DNA of 64,000 nucleotides, from positions 62,001 to 126,000 of IMG/VR virus record IMGVR_UViG_3300036770_006296. One strand, 5' to 3'. How positions within the stretch are numbered: the first letter of the stretch is position 1; each line of letters begins with the position of its first letter. Shown here in pieces: positions 29,463 through 40,743 of this stretch. The notes beneath the pieces were generated by a model that was not told the DNA's origin, did not search any database, and was given only the letters and a program-made list of their open reading frames with translations. Position numbers and translations under genes: made by a program.

Positions 29463-29813
29463 ATGAAAAGCCATTGTACACACTGCGGAGCCATACATGA
29501 AAGAAAGAGTAAATTCTGCTCAAAGAAATGTAGCGATGCAGCCTACAGAGCCAGTAAGAAAGAGGAACCGATCGAGCCAAAGGCTTCAACATCCGACCCA
29601 GAAGTAGTGGTCGAGAAATTCACCAAAGCATTCGGTTTTCCTGTCAGACTATATTGGAACCGTAGGTTAGAGGGTAAGAACTCCTCTTGCGCTAAAGCCG
29701 GTACAGTACTCGAGTTCGAGCAGATAACAAAAGTGGGCGGCAAGGTGATCTACAGGGTAAGAAGGGGTAAGCGTAACTTCTTTACCTCAAGTCGAGAGAT
29801 TGAGGAAATTTAA
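29463..29813 (+). CDS. Zn-finger plus beta-rich C-terminal domain protein
   Basis: CTHCG...FCSKKC N-term; C-term homologous to 51704/55657/58436. Confidence 0.8.
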   Translation: MKSHCTHCGAIHERKSKFCSKKCSDAAYRASKKEEPIEPKASTSDPEVVVEKFTKAFGFPVRLYWNRRLEGKNSSCAKAGTVLEFEQITKVGGKVIYRVRRGKRNFFTSSREIEEI

Positions 29814-29907
29814 GAAAGCCATGGGGGCAAAAATAGCCTGGGTTAAACGCCCAGGCTTTTTTATGAAATCATTTTTTTAATTAAATAGAATTTTCTACAT
29901 TTACAAT

Positions 29908-30219
29908 ATGAACAAAAGGGAAAACAAAAGAGGTGAGTTATTAGTTTGGCCGGGAATTGGTCCTTGTGGTAGCACGCCAGCGGAAGTTAAAGAATTCGAG
30001 AATTATGTGAGTTCGGAGTTCAACATTAGGGTGGAGTTCGTACAGGATTTGGAACGGAAGGACGGTAACGTCGACACAATCATTCGGGTGTTTGCCGAGG
30101 ATGCTTGGGGATCGGACCTCATCTTTAGAATGTTCTGCGTACATGTGGGGATCTATCCGATTGAAATGATTAGTCGCACAGATTATGATGTTGTTTCGGC
30201 TTCAAAAATTTTCAAATAA
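29908..30219 (+). CDS. hypothetical protein
   Basis: EP upstream. Confidence 0.7.
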   Translation: MNKRENKRGELLVWPGIGPCGSTPAEVKEFENYVSSEFNIRVEFVQDLERKDGNVDTIIRVFAEDAWGSDLIFRMFCVHVGIYPIEMISRTDYDVVSASKIFK

Positions 30220-30291
30220 TTTCCAAAATCATTTTTTTTATCAAGTAGAATATTCTACTTTAGCAATGTAAACCAATAAACACAAATAAAA

Positions 30292-31314
30292 ATGGCAAGA
30301 ACAAAAAAAGCAGAAGGGTCGGTAACGACCGAGACAACGGCTAAGAAAGGTCTTAGTGAAGAGACAAAAGCAAAGATCTCTGAGGCGTTAAAACGCAGAA
30401 AGACTTCAGTGGTCGAAGCAGCGGAAGCGCTATCTCCTAAGTTGGTAGCGGATGAGTCCAAAATCAAGGAGGAAGGAAACATCGTTACTCTTAACGACTA
30501 CTTCAAAGTCGAGAAGGGGACTTTCGAGATACTCAAGCACAACATCGGCTATGGTATCAATACGATGCTTATCGGGGCAACGGGTACTGGAAAGACGGAA
30601 GTCGTGGCTAACATCGCTAAGGTGTTCAATGTTCCGCTGACTATCTTCGACATGGGTACAATGACCGATCCTGTAATGGGACTTGTGGGTACTCACGTCA
30701 TCACAGTTGAGAATGGGGTGACTAAGTCGGAGTTCAAACGCTCTCGCTTCTCGGAACTCATTCAGCAACCAGGTATCATACTCTTAGACGAGATCTCCCG
30801 AGCCGGAGCGATGGCTAACAACCTTCTCTTCCCTTGTCTCGACTTCCGTAGAGAGTTACCGATGGAGTACTCGTTCCACGACACAACTCCAATCCCGGTT
30901 CACCCACAGTGCGTATTCTTCTCAACGGCTAACATGGGAAGTCAATATACGGGAACTCACAAATTAGACCGTGCCTTACTTGACCGTTTCATGCTCATCG
31001 AAGTAGACTCGATCAAACCAGAGGACATCATCGCAACACTAACCGCAGAGTTTCCGAAAATCACTAAGACGAAAATCAAGAAGTTGGTAAGCGTGTTCAC
31101 CAAAATCAACAAGGAACACGACGAGTTCAAAATCTCGTTCAACCTCTCAGTTCGTCACCTTAAGACTATCGCCAAATTGGTCTCTAACGGCTTCACAATC
31201 TACGACGGTTATGTCGCTCTTTGTAAAGGTCTCGGTAGTCAAGAAGGTTTGAAAGCGATTAACGCAATCTTGGACGATGCTAAAACCTCAACGGATACAG
31301 ATACAGAATCCTAA
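30292..31314 (+). CDS. MoxR-class AAA+ ATPase (CobS/CbbQ/NorQ-like)
   Basis: GATGTGKT, ILLDEISR, NMGSQYTGTHKLDRALLDRF. Confidence 0.9.
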   Translation: MARTKKAEGSVTTETTAKKGLSEETKAKISEALKRRKTSVVEAAEALSPKLVADESKIKEEGNIVTLNDYFKVEKGTFEILKHNIGYGINTMLIGATGTGKTEVVANIAKVFNVPLTIFDMGTMTDPVMGLVGTHVITVENGVTKSEFKRSRFSELIQQPGIILLDEISRAGAMANNLLFPCLDFRRELPMEYSFHDTTPIPVHPQCVFFSTANMGSQYTGTHKLDRALLDRFMLIEVDSIKPEDIIATLTAEFPKITKTKIKKLVSVFTKINKEHDEFKISFNLSVRHLKTIAKLVSNGFTIYDGYVALCKGLGSQEGLKAINAILDDAKTSTDTDTES

Positions 31315-31433
31315 TTCGTAAGGACTCAACAGGACTGGCGGCAAAACACCGCCAGTCTTTTTTTTGAAATCATTTTTTTCTCTAAGTAGAATTTTCTATA
31401 TTAGCTATGTAAACCAATTAAAACAAAAAAACA

Positions 31434-32984
31434 ATGGGTAAGTATGGATATGGATCTTGGGGCTCAGGCTACGGTAGGAAGACTTGGTCTTCAACATCGG
31501 GCTGGGAGAACTCACACTACGGAGGGTACAATCGACTAATTTACGATTATCCCTTCATCAAGTTCGATTATAAGGCAAACATCGAAGTCTCGCAAGACTT
31601 AAGAACCCAATTAGGTATCTGGTCGGCGGAAAAGCTTATCAAGATGTATCTTATGAAATGTAAGGAGAAAGGACTTCTTAAACGTTTAATTCGTGAACGT
31701 ATAACTAAGAAAAACTTTCTTGGGCAGGAAAAACATTACGACGTTCTTAAGCTAGATAACGAAGTCGTTCTAGAAGCGGTGATGAAAGAGTTCAAAGAAT
31801 TTGCTCCTCTCTTCGACCACTATCGTAATGAGATACTTTCGAGTAGCCTACAAATCGAAGTTCCGCCACCAGGAAACGAAGGTGGAGGAGGACAAGGTAA
31901 AGGCGAAGGGGAAGACAAAAAAGAAGGCCAAGGTAAAGGAAAGGGTGAAGGCGAGGGAGAAGGTGAAGGAGAAGGTGAAGGTGAAGGTGAAGGAGAGGGC
32001 AAAGGTAAAGGACAAGGTAAAGGACAAGGCGAAGGGGAAGGCGAAGGGGAAGGCGAAGAAGGTAGAGGCGAGGGTAAAGGAAAACCGAGTAAGAAAGGCG
32101 GAGGTTGGGGACCTTCGGATGGTGATGCTCCGGACTTCAAAGAACTTGAACGAGTACTTAAGGAAATGTCGGAACAAAAACCTTTCGAGAGCTTTAAAGG
32201 TCTCGGAGCAGAATGTAACCCTAAATTCGTTCCACCAAAAAAGAATGCGAAAGACTACAAGTTCAAGACCGATGAGATTAGAAATGCCGAGATGATGCTC
32301 AAACAACTCGACATCAGTTTTGAACCAAAGAGTGACGAAGTAAAGAACCTTAAACTCGGTAAGCTTGACACTTCAAAATTGGCAGAAGTACCCGCAGGTA
32401 ATATCTCCGTCTACAAACAAACTTTGGAGGATCAAGATACGAAACCATTTGCGGTATGTGTGTTGGCAGACATGTCGGGTAGTATGCAAGGTGCTAGACT
32501 CGATACTCAACTTAAGGTACTTAACGCTTTATATCTTGCCTTAAGCGAAATTATACCGGAAGAGGACCTACACATTTACGGTCACAGTGGAAATTCGTCA
32601 GAACCTAAGATATACACCTTCTGTAATCCGTATCACCCAGACTACCGAAAGAATATTCAAGACTATTATAGGATAGAGAATAACACTAATTACGACGGGA
32701 TTGTTATAGAACAGGTACACAAAAAGATACGTGAGAAAACAGATCGCCCAGTAATTCTGATTAGTCTTTCTGACGGTCAACCTTGTGATAGCGTGGCAGA
32801 CATGAAACGAATTCTTGAAAGAGCTAGACGAGACTCATTCGTTACAGTAGGTATCGGTATTGGTACAGACTACGTCAAAAAACTCTACACTTATTCGAGA
32901 GTGGTACACGACGAAAAGCTACACGAAATGCCGAGAGAGGTAGCGGGAATTATCAACCATGTTGTTAAAGCCGAATTCAAATAA
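31434..32984 (+). CDS. vWA (MIDAS) protein, CobT-like, with (GE)n linker
   Basis: [13 protein letters not shown]; long GEGEGE tract. Confidence 0.88.
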   Translation: MGKYGYGSWGSGYGRKTWSSTSGWENSHYGGYNRLIYDYPFIKFDYKANIEVSQDLRTQLGIWSAEKLIKMYLMKCKEKGLLKRLIRERITKKNFLGQEKHYDVLKLDNEVVLEAVMKEFKEFAPLFDHYRNEILSSSLQIEVPPPGNEGGGGQGKGEGEDKKEGQGKGKGEGEGEGEGEGEGEGEGEGKGKGQGKGQGEGEGEGEGEEGRGEGKGKPSKKGGGWGPSDGDAPDFKELERVLKEMSEQKPFESFKGLGAECNPKFVPPKKNAKDYKFKTDEIRNAEMMLKQLDISFEPKSDEVKNLKLGKLDTSKLAEVPAGNISVYKQTLEDQDTKPFAVCVLADMSGSMQGARLDTQLKVLNALYLALSEIIPEEDLHIYGHSGNSSEPKIYTFCNPYHPDYRKNIQDYYRIENNTNYDGIVIEQVHKKIREKTDRPVILISLSDGQPCDSVADMKRILERARRDSFVTVGIGIGTDYVKKLYTYSRVVHDEKLHEMPREVAGIINHVVKAEFK

Positions 32985-33150
32985 ATCCATATCCATACCC
33001 GAGAAGGGGAAGACTTCGGTCTTCCCTTTTTTTTGTGGGCTAAACCTTAGTCCTGCCGGCAGATTCTCTGGGGAACCCCAGGAAACTGGATACAGAGATC
33101 ATTTTTTTCTTTAATTAGAATTTTCTACATTAGCTATGTAACCAATTAAT

Positions 33151-33867
33151 ATGAAAATACTAGGATTTAATTTCCTTACTCTAAGACAGATAATATTTTT
33201 AAACGAGTTCACTTATGGCAAGTGGACTCTTAACAAGAAGACTGGACTGGTCGATATAGAAGGAGATTTCAATTGTTCAGATAAAAAATTAACCGGCTTT
33301 AAAGGTGTTCGGTTTGGAGTGGTTACTGGGAGTTTCTATTGTTACGATAACAATCTCACAAGTCTTGAGGGAGCGCCACAAAAGGTTGGATGGTATTTCG
33401 ATTGCTCCCATAACTCTCTCACAAGTCTTGAGGGAGCGCCACAGAATGTTGGGAGGGATTTCCGTTGCTACAATAACAAGCTCACAAGTCTTGAGGGAGC
33501 GCCGCAGAAGGTTGGATGGAGTTTCTATTGCCCATATAACAGGCTCACAAGTCTTGAGGGAGCGCCACAGGAGGTTGGAGGGTGTTTCTATTGCTACAAT
33601 AACTCTCTCACAAGTCTTGTGGGAGCGCCACAGGAGGTTGGAGGGAGTTTCGATTTCTACGGTAATCCGATCTCAGAGAAGACGTTAAAGTTGGTATGGG
33701 AGACGATGAGAGATAATAAGATCGACTATTGGTTTGCTTTATCGATACTTAAGAGCCAGATCGAGAGTGAGGATTGGAAGAAGATGTCTATAGGCTTAGA
33801 CGAGAGATTATCTAAAGACGCTCTGAAGGGTATTTCAATGATGGATCGGTTTGGACATTTTGATTAG
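33151..33867 (+). CDS. LRR-21 family protein with KG-tag
   Basis: 63-bp repeats FxCxxNxLTSLEGAPQxVG; ends KGISMMDRFGHFD. Confidence 0.9.
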   Translation: MKILGFNFLTLRQIIFLNEFTYGKWTLNKKTGLVDIEGDFNCSDKKLTGFKGVRFGVVTGSFYCYDNNLTSLEGAPQKVGWYFDCSHNSLTSLEGAPQNVGRDFRCYNNKLTSLEGAPQKVGWSFYCPYNRLTSLEGAPQEVGGCFYCYNNSLTSLVGAPQEVGGSFDFYGNPISEKTLKLVWETMRDNKIDYWFALSILKSQIESEDWKKMSIGLDERLSKDALKGISMMDRFGHFD

Positions 33868-33931
33868 AATCATTTTTTTCTTTAAATAGAATTTTCTACA
33901 TTAGCTATGTAATTAAAAACAAAATAAGGGT

Positions 33932-35440
33932 ATGGGTAAATATGGATATGGATCGTGGAATTCTTGGGGTTCCGGTTGGGGATCTGGAAAAGGAAAGGGT
34001 AGTGTTTCCGGATGGGAGAATTCGCACTTCGGTGGATACAACAGAGTACTAACGGATTACCCTTACATCAAGATCGACTTCGAACTTGATATTAAAGCGG
34101 GTAAAAAGATTGGAGAGGATCTCGGATCGTGGATGGGTGACAAACTAATCAAGCTTTATATTCTTAAAGCGAAGGAATTAGGTTTAATCGAGCAATTACA
34201 AACCGAGGTTGTTGAGCGGATGAAATTCTTGCAACTTAAAAAGTACGTAGTTGCAAAATTGGACGATGAGCTTGTGTTTTCCCTTATCTGTGGAGCTTAT
34301 ACCGAGCTAGCTCCTATGTTCGAACATTACAAAGAAGGGATCTTTGAAAGCACCCTAGAGATGGAAATAAAAGACGGAGAGGAGGGTAAGGGTAGTAAGA
34401 GCGATAAAGGAGAAGAGAACGAAGGCGAAGGTAAAGGAAAAGGTGAAGGCCAAGGCGAAGGCGAAAAACAGGGCGAGGGTCAAGGTGAAGGCCAAGGTGA
34501 AGGTGAAGGTGATGCAAAAGATTCACCAGGAAAAGGAACGGGTCAGCCTACAAGAAACGGTAAGACGATACATCAATACATGAACGATATAGGGGAGGTT
34601 AAACCTTATAGCTCGCATAGTTCGTTAAGTGACTTCTCCGAAAAACCTAAATTTATCTCGTTCGCTCAAAGAATAAAAGAGGAAGGAAAGTCTCCTTATA
34701 AATTCTCTCCAGTAGAGATAAAAGATGCCGAAGCTTTAATTAAGTTATTGGATATCGATTTTGACCCAAAAAGCGACGAGGTTAAAAATCTTAAGCTCGG
34801 TAAGCTAGACGTCAGTAAGATAGCAGAGGTACCCGCAGGTAATGTATCGGTCTACAAACAGATAGTCGAAGAACAAGATACCAAACCATTCTCCGTCTGT
34901 ATCTTAGCCGATATGTCTGGTAGTATGGGATATGGTAATCGGATAGCTTCTCAGCGTCATATATTAAACTCGCTTTATCTGGCAATGTCGCAGATACTTC
35001 CGCCAGATAAACTTTACATCTACGGACACAGCGGAGAATACACCCCGGAGATCTATACGTTCTATAGTCCTTACGATCCCGACTACGAAAGGAACATCAA
35101 ATACTACCAGAAAGTACATTGGTGTCAGAACTACGACGGTCCGGTTATCGAAGCTATCCATAAGAAGATACGAGAAAACTCAGAAGACCGTATTATCTTC
35201 ATATCACTATCCGACGGTGAACCAGCAGGTAACAACTACGGAGGTCTTAAAGATAACGAAGAGCTCAAAAGAATACTTGAGAGAGCTAGACGAGACTCAT
35301 TCGTTACAGTAGGTATCGGTATTGAAGCAGGCCACGTATCAAGCCTATACACATACGCCAAACCAGTATGGGATTTATCAACCCTACCGAAAGACGTAGC
35401 AGGTATCATCAATCAAGTGGTTCGAGCCGAGTTCAAGTAA
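33932..35440 (+). CDS. second vWA (MIDAS) paralog
   Basis: [15 protein letters not shown]; same [10 protein letters not shown]-term and GE linker. Confidence 0.88.
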   Translation: MGKYGYGSWNSWGSGWGSGKGKGSVSGWENSHFGGYNRVLTDYPYIKIDFELDIKAGKKIGEDLGSWMGDKLIKLYILKAKELGLIEQLQTEVVERMKFLQLKKYVVAKLDDELVFSLICGAYTELAPMFEHYKEGIFESTLEMEIKDGEEGKGSKSDKGEENEGEGKGKGEGQGEGEKQGEGQGEGQGEGEGDAKDSPGKGTGQPTRNGKTIHQYMNDIGEVKPYSSHSSLSDFSEKPKFISFAQRIKEEGKSPYKFSPVEIKDAEALIKLLDIDFDPKSDEVKNLKLGKLDVSKIAEVPAGNVSVYKQIVEEQDTKPFSVCILADMSGSMGYGNRIASQRHILNSLYLAMSQILPPDKLYIYGHSGEYTPEIYTFYSPYDPDYERNIKYYQKVHWCQNYDGPVIEAIHKKIRENSEDRIIFISLSDGEPAGNNYGGLKDNEELKRILERARRDSFVTVGIGIEAGHVSSLYTYAKPVWDLSTLPKDVAGIINQVVRAEFK

Positions 35441-35613
35441 ACCCACAATCCAATCCATCATACACAAGAAAAGACCTTCGGGTCTTTTTTTGTGGGTCAC
35501 AGTTTAACTGCAGACGGCCTCTGAATTCTCTGGGGAACCCCTGGAAGTTTGATCAGGAATCATTTTTTTCTTTAAATAGATTTTTCTACATTTACTTTAT
35601 AAATAAAACCTAT

Positions 35614-36063
35614 ATGTCAAAAGAAAGACAAAAAGCAGCAGAAGAGATTAAGAGCATGGCTGATGCTAATGGAGGTAAGATCTTTATGGGAATGGTGCAT
35701 CATATGTACGGTCCTTTAAGAGGTCTCAACTTTATTGTAGATAACCCGAATATTGAAGAGGTTATGTTGGCTATGGATTCGCAAGCTGAAGGGATGGAGC
35801 TGGAGGATCAATTAAAGCTCATTGAGGACATCAAAACAAGAGAGCCCAATAATGTTATTGAGTTATGTTTTAAGATTTGGACGGAGACTGCATTATCACC
35901 AAGGTTAATGATATTGCCTTTCGAGATGGTTGAGCAGGCGGAGAACTATCCTAACATTGTCAAGGACATCGATGGTGGAATCAAAGAGGTTTATTCGGCA
36001 TTAAAGATGACTTCGTCTTTGCAGGGTAAGGACGCATTCTTTTATCGTACTGGTATTATTTAG
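35614..36063 (+). CDS. hypothetical protein (start corrected)
   Basis: ATG after EP; the track's extension crosses a terminator. Confidence 0.75.
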   Translation: MSKERQKAAEEIKSMADANGGKIFMGMVHHMYGPLRGLNFIVDNPNIEEVMLAMDSQAEGMELEDQLKLIEDIKTREPNNVIELCFKIWTETALSPRLMILPFEMVEQAENYPNIVKDIDGGIKEVYSALKMTSSLQGKDAFFYRTGII

Positions 36064-36176
36064 CGGAATCTTTTTTTTATTCCGATCGGTTTATCTAGAT
36101 TTGATAAGAACAATATCTTAACAAATGAGCGGAAAGAAAAAGGGGGAAAAGGGGGCAAAACCGAAATTTAATTATT

Positions 36177-36704
36177 ATGAAATCGCTAAAGGTACAAAGC
36201 CAATTAATAAGCCGAAATAATAAACACTCGGTCAGGAACTATTTGAACGCTCATGGTATAATGAACATGAGCGTTTCTAGTCTAGATGGGTTCTTTTCTG
36301 GAGTTTTCAAATCGTTGGGTTTAGACATTAACGGTACATACACAGTGGCCGATCTGTTTAAGATATTCAACGGAAAGAAGATTAAGATCCTTTCAGTATG
36401 CGGTATAGAGTGTCCTCCTTTAGAGATAAACCCTGACATTCGTGATGTGATAATGCAGAGCAATTCGCGTAAGAAGATATTTGGGAATATGCTATTTAGC
36501 GAGAGTGAGGACAGAGATGATTTTTACGAGATACTCAACCGCTTAGACGATTCTTACAAGATAGTTACTGCTAAGATACTTCCATCCTTTACTGAGTTAA
36601 ATCACAACCTTTCGATCAAGGACAGATACACAATAATAATATTTGGTAGTAAATCGGACGGTAAATCGGCATCTGAGCCGGTTATGGCCGTAGAATTATC
36701 TTAA
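36177..36704 (+). CDS. hypothetical protein
   Basis: ORF with leader. Confidence 0.75.
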   Translation: MKSLKVQSQLISRNNKHSVRNYLNAHGIMNMSVSSLDGFFSGVFKSLGLDINGTYTVADLFKIFNGKKIKILSVCGIECPPLEINPDIRDVIMQSNSRKKIFGNMLFSESEDRDDFYEILNRLDDSYKIVTAKILPSFTELNHNLSIKDRYTIIIFGSKSDGKSASEPVMAVELS

Positions 36705-36773
36705 AAATATTCGGAAATCATTTTTTTTATTTAGAAAAAACTATTACCTTTACGGTATATAAACCGGACAAAA

Positions 36774-37001
36774 ATGAACGACTGGGAACGATGCAGAAAT
36801 TACGGATTAGTACAAATCGACAACAATGTTATTCGCTTGTATTACAACCCTTACAGTTATCAACTAGCTGGCAATCCGCTTTTCTTAAATGTTAACGAAG
36901 CCTACTGGCAAGGCGAAAATTTAATCTTAAGAGGAACGGACACATCGGGATACCCAAGAGTTTATGTAATGAACGGATTCAACAATTATCGACAAATTTA
37001 A
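36774..37001 (+). CDS. hypothetical protein
   Basis: EP upstream. Confidence 0.7.
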   Translation: MNDWERCRNYGLVQIDNNVIRLYYNPYSYQLAGNPLFLNVNEAYWQGENLILRGTDTSGYPRVYVMNGFNNYRQI

Positions 37002-37020
37002 ACTTAAATTAAAAAAAAAC

Positions 37021-37236
37021 ATGAACAGGACGTTAACAGTAACGCTAGCCGAATCAGTTAAATTATACGCTAGCTTGAAGTTCGAAGAGAAGGGGATAAC
37101 TCGATTAAAAGAAGGTGCAACGGTAACATTTGAAGAAACGGGTAAAGTCCACATAAATTCCGAGGGTAAAGAATGTAAGGTATTACGCCTTCGTAAAAAC
37201 ACTCGTAACTATTACGTATTAGAAGAGTTAAAATAG
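37021..37236 (+). CDS. hypothetical protein
   Basis: A-rich leader; terminator follows. Confidence 0.7.
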   Translation: MNRTLTVTLAESVKLYASLKFEEKGITRLKEGATVTFEETGKVHINSEGKECKVLRLRKNTRNYYVLEELK

Positions 37237-37594
37237 AAAGCGGATATACTGCCTGTCCGCTAACTGCCGTCAGAGAGCCTAGATATAAATCTAGGCTCTT
37301 TTTTTGTGTTCTAATGCGATATCGTAGCAAATATATGTGTTATAATGTTACGAGAAATAAAGTGTCTTAAACGTAAAGTATTTAATATTTATTGGGGTCC
37401 TTAGCAGGGGGGCTAGCGTATACGTACGCGTAGAGGGGTTAACAGCTGAAAACACCTTGAAGACATCTGAAAACACCTGAACTTTCCTGAGGATCCCCAG
37501 GGAAATATGTGTATTTCACATACTTACTTTTGTAATCTTTACTTACTTTTGGACTATAACTAACAACATAATGTTCTAAAACCAAACCAAAGAT

Positions 37595-38005
37595 ATGCAA
37601 TGTGTTCAATGCGGTGCTAATCACGAAAGAAAGGGTATGTACTGTTCTAAAAGCTGTACGGATAAAGCATACAGAGAAAGAAAGAAATTAAAAGATCTTA
37701 AACTAAAGTATAATCACGAGGAAACCCCCGAGGAAGAATCTGAACCTCATGTAAACATACCAGAGGAAAAGGGTGAAAAACAAAGATGGTGTAACTTCTG
37801 TGGCGCTACTATCGAGAATTCCCCTAAGCTAGGGTTCTGCGACGGACAACACGAACGGGACTACTGGCGATCGATAAGCTTAAATCTCCCGCTTAAGATA
37901 AGAATCGACTCTAAAACAATAGTAGAGACTCGGAGGTACCACAAGGTGCAAGACATAATAGAGGCTATGCTCAGCCGAAACAAAATGGGTGTCACCTTCT
38001 TTTGA
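37595..38005 (+). CDS. double Zn-finger protein
   Basis: CVQCG...YCSKSC; WCNFCG...FCD...H. Confidence 0.8.
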   Translation: MQCVQCGANHERKGMYCSKSCTDKAYRERKKLKDLKLKYNHEETPEEESEPHVNIPEEKGEKQRWCNFCGATIENSPKLGFCDGQHERDYWRSISLNLPLKIRIDSKTIVETRRYHKVQDIIEAMLSRNKMGVTFF

Positions 38006-38043
38006 AACTTTTTAGTGGTTTTATCTATAATTCGAAAATTCAT

Positions 38044-38334
38044 ATGAACAAAAATTACCGGCTTATAATTATTCTTATATTCCTGTGTCTGATGTCGCTT
38101 GTCGTGGCTTCGTGTAAATCCTCGAAAAGCGGATGTGATGCCTATGGTATTCGATGGGAGAACCCCCGGATAGATTCACTGGCTGTTGTAAAGGACGATA
38201 AAACATATCTTCCTTTTATTCCCGTTAAAGATGCAAGAGAATTTCATATCAGCTATGCGGAGCGTGGGAAGTATATGATCCTCTTAAAAGACGGAGACGT
38301 AATAGTTGAGGAGAAGTCTTTCGTGTTAAAATAA
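38044..38334 (+). CDS. lipoprotein (start corrected)
   Basis: Hydrophobic signal with VAS-C lipobox, then KSSKSGCDAYG. Confidence 0.7.
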   Translation: MNKNYRLIIILIFLCLMSLVVASCKSSKSGCDAYGIRWENPRIDSLAVVKDDKTYLPFIPVKDAREFHISYAERGKYMILLKDGDVIVEEKSFVLK

Positions 38335-38403
38335 ATTTCTGAATCATTTTTTTCTTCATATAGAAATTTCTATATTTGAGATAACCAATTAAATCAAATA
38401 GAA

Positions 38404-38679
38404 ATGACTGATGAAGAAAGAGAAAGAAAACACGAGCTGCTATCTAAAATAGCAAACCTCGTAAAGTTAGCTTCCGCACTAGGAGAAGTTACCGATGATG
38501 AGCAAACTAAATTTATCTCGGAAACATGTAAGCTAGTTCTTATAGCAGGAAGCGACCCAGAAGACACGCTTCTCCTTTCGGAACACATAATAAATTATCT
38601 CGAAAGCCAAGCAATGAGGAAAGGCGAAAAAACAGCAACGGAGTATTTAACTAAGGACTATAAAGTCCAATTAAATTAA
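38404..38679 (+). CDS. hypothetical protein
   Basis: EP upstream. Confidence 0.75.
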   Translation: MTDEERERKHELLSKIANLVKLASALGEVTDDEQTKFISETCKLVLIAGSDPEDTLLLSEHIINYLESQAMRKGEKTATEYLTKDYKVQLN

Positions 38680-38684
38680 AAGGG

Positions 38685-39119
38685 ATGACGAGTATATTTT
38701 TTATTCTAGCAGTATTCTTCTTTTTCTACGAGATCAGAGTAGCTTTAAACCCTTCTAAGTCCACAGCGAGGTTAAAGCAGCTTATGGATAAGGAAGAGTT
38801 TAAAAAAGCTAAGACGGATGACAAAATTGGAGGATGTCTTTTTGCACTCAATCAGATGTTCTATTTAACATGGACTATTATCGGTCTTGCCTTTGCCACC
38901 CAGTGGATATCATTCGCCTTACTATTTTTAATAAGCGTGATATCATGGTTAGTACAAAAGGCTTTCCGTATGAAATCACTAGATAATTCAAAAGTCGCAT
39001 TAGGCCTAAGATCCATTGACGCTTTATTATGTGCCTTTATAATCTTCGACATCTTCATGACTCATTTCCGGGGAGATGTTTGGGGAACAGGACTTGTCAG
39101 AATGCTGATTGGTTTATAG
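38685..39119 (+). CDS. membrane protein, ~4 TM
   Basis: Hydrophobic segments. Confidence 0.75.
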   Translation: MTSIFFILAVFFFFYEIRVALNPSKSTARLKQLMDKEEFKKAKTDDKIGGCLFALNQMFYLTWTIIGLAFATQWISFALLFLISVISWLVQKAFRMKSLDNSKVALGLRSIDALLCAFIIFDIFMTHFRGDVWGTGLVRMLIGL

Positions 39120-39292
39120 TTTGATTGATTAACAATAAGAGCCTAGGATTTTATCCTAGGCTTTTTTGTGTGCTAAGGTTTTGCAGCATATGCTAGATGC
39201 ACTGGGGAACCCCAGGAAGTTTAATCAGGAATCATTTTTTTCTTTAAGTAGAATTTTCTATATTAGCTAGGTAATCAATAAAACAAAAAGAC

Positions 39293-39889
39293 ATGCCTGG
39301 AATATTAATGGATCTAAGAAAATTAACGGAATACCAACCTTGGTTATTTAGAAACAAACACATGCAGCCAGTTATGGAAGCTCTTATGGAAGCACGTATA
39401 AATATCTTTAAGGACGAGGTACTATCCTCATTGAAAGGAGGTGATTCACTAACCGAGGATCAGATACGTATACTAGCCCTTTCTACCGATGCTTCTATTC
39501 ACATTAGGAAGGATGGAAAGATTAACGTGAATGGAATTTTTAACTGCTCTGGATTAGGACTAACTGATTTGTGTGGACTTCGATTTGGTAGAGTAAAAGG
39601 AAGATTTATTTGCAGAAATAATTCTATAACAAATCTTGAAGGGTTTCCTATTGAGGGAGATCCGGAGGTATTCTTTGACAGAAACAAAGGTATATCCGAC
39701 GGAACCTTAGATCTTATATTTGAAGCTATGAGAAAGAACCAAATGGACTATTGGTCGGCTTTATGTGTTGTTAAAAGCGAGATAGACTCTAAAGAATGGG
39801 TTGTTATGTCTAAAGGGATAGACGAGAGACTTTCACAAGACGCTCAGAAGGGAGCTTCGATGTTGGGACGATTTGGACATTTTGATTAA
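39293..39889 (+). CDS. minimal LRR-21 family member with KG-tag
   Basis: 1-2 repeats; ends KGASMLGRFGHFD. Confidence 0.85.
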   Translation: MPGILMDLRKLTEYQPWLFRNKHMQPVMEALMEARINIFKDEVLSSLKGGDSLTEDQIRILALSTDASIHIRKDGKINVNGIFNCSGLGLTDLCGLRFGRVKGRFICRNNSITNLEGFPIEGDPEVFFDRNKGISDGTLDLIFEAMRKNQMDYWSALCVVKSEIDSKEWVVMSKGIDERLSQDAQKGASMLGRFGHFD

Positions 39890-39929
39890 ATCATTTTTTT
39901 CTTTAAGTAGAATTTTCTACATTTATAGT

Positions 39930-40688
39930 ATGGAACTTAATAAAGAACAAATAGAATTTTTAAACGGGTTTACTAAAGGCAAATGGACTCTTAACAAGAA
40001 GACCGGACTAGTTGATATAGAGGGTTATTTTGATTGTTCATGTGAAGAATTAACCGATTTTAAAGGTGTTCGGTTTGGAGTGGTTACTGGGAGTTTCAAT
40101 TGCAGCGGTAACAATCTCAAAAGTCTTGAGGGAGCGCCACAAGAGGTTGGACTGGGTTTCGATTGCGACAATAACAATCTCAAAAGTCTTGTGGGAGCGC
40201 CACAGAAGGTTGGAGATTATTTCAATTGTTACTGGAACAAGCTCACAAGTCTAGTGGGAGCGCCACAAGAGGTTGGAGGGATTTTCGATTGTTCCAGTAA
40301 CAAGCTCACAAGTCTAGTGGGAGCGCCACAAGAGGTTGGAGAGATTTTCGATTGTTCCTATAACAAGCTCACAAGTCTAGTGGGAGCGCCACAGAAGGTT
40401 GGGCGTTTCGATTGTTGCTATAATAAGCTCACAAGTCTAGAGGGAGCGCCACAGAAGGTTGGGGAGGGTTTCTATTGCTACAATAACCCAATCTCGGAGA
40501 ATACTCTGAATTTAGTGTGGAACACTATGCAAGAAAAAAAGATCGACTACTGGTCGGCTTTATGTATTCTTAAGAGTGAAATCTCAAGGAGTGATTTCGA
40601 GAATTTAGAGGGAGAGTTGGAAAAGAGACTTTCACAAGACGCTCAGAAGGGGGTTTCTATGTTGGGACGGTTTGGACATTTTGATTAA
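39930..40688 (+). CDS. LRR-21 family protein with KG-tag (start corrected)
   Basis: ~6 repeats; ends KGVSMLGRFGHFD. Confidence 0.9.
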   Translation: MELNKEQIEFLNGFTKGKWTLNKKTGLVDIEGYFDCSCEELTDFKGVRFGVVTGSFNCSGNNLKSLEGAPQEVGLGFDCDNNNLKSLVGAPQKVGDYFNCYWNKLTSLVGAPQEVGGIFDCSSNKLTSLVGAPQEVGEIFDCSYNKLTSLVGAPQKVGRFDCCYNKLTSLEGAPQKVGEGFYCYNNPISENTLNLVWNTMQEKKIDYWSALCILKSEISRSDFENLEGELEKRLSQDAQKGVSMLGRFGHFD

Positions 40689-40743
40689 ATCATTTTTTCT
40701 TTAAATAGATTTTTCTACATTTGACTTAACCAATTAAAATAAT

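Noticed and set aside
31801-32306. Alternative-frame and antisense ORFs (KV-rich, PS-rich, F-rich)
   Set aside because: Products of the low-complexity GE linker in the vWA gene.
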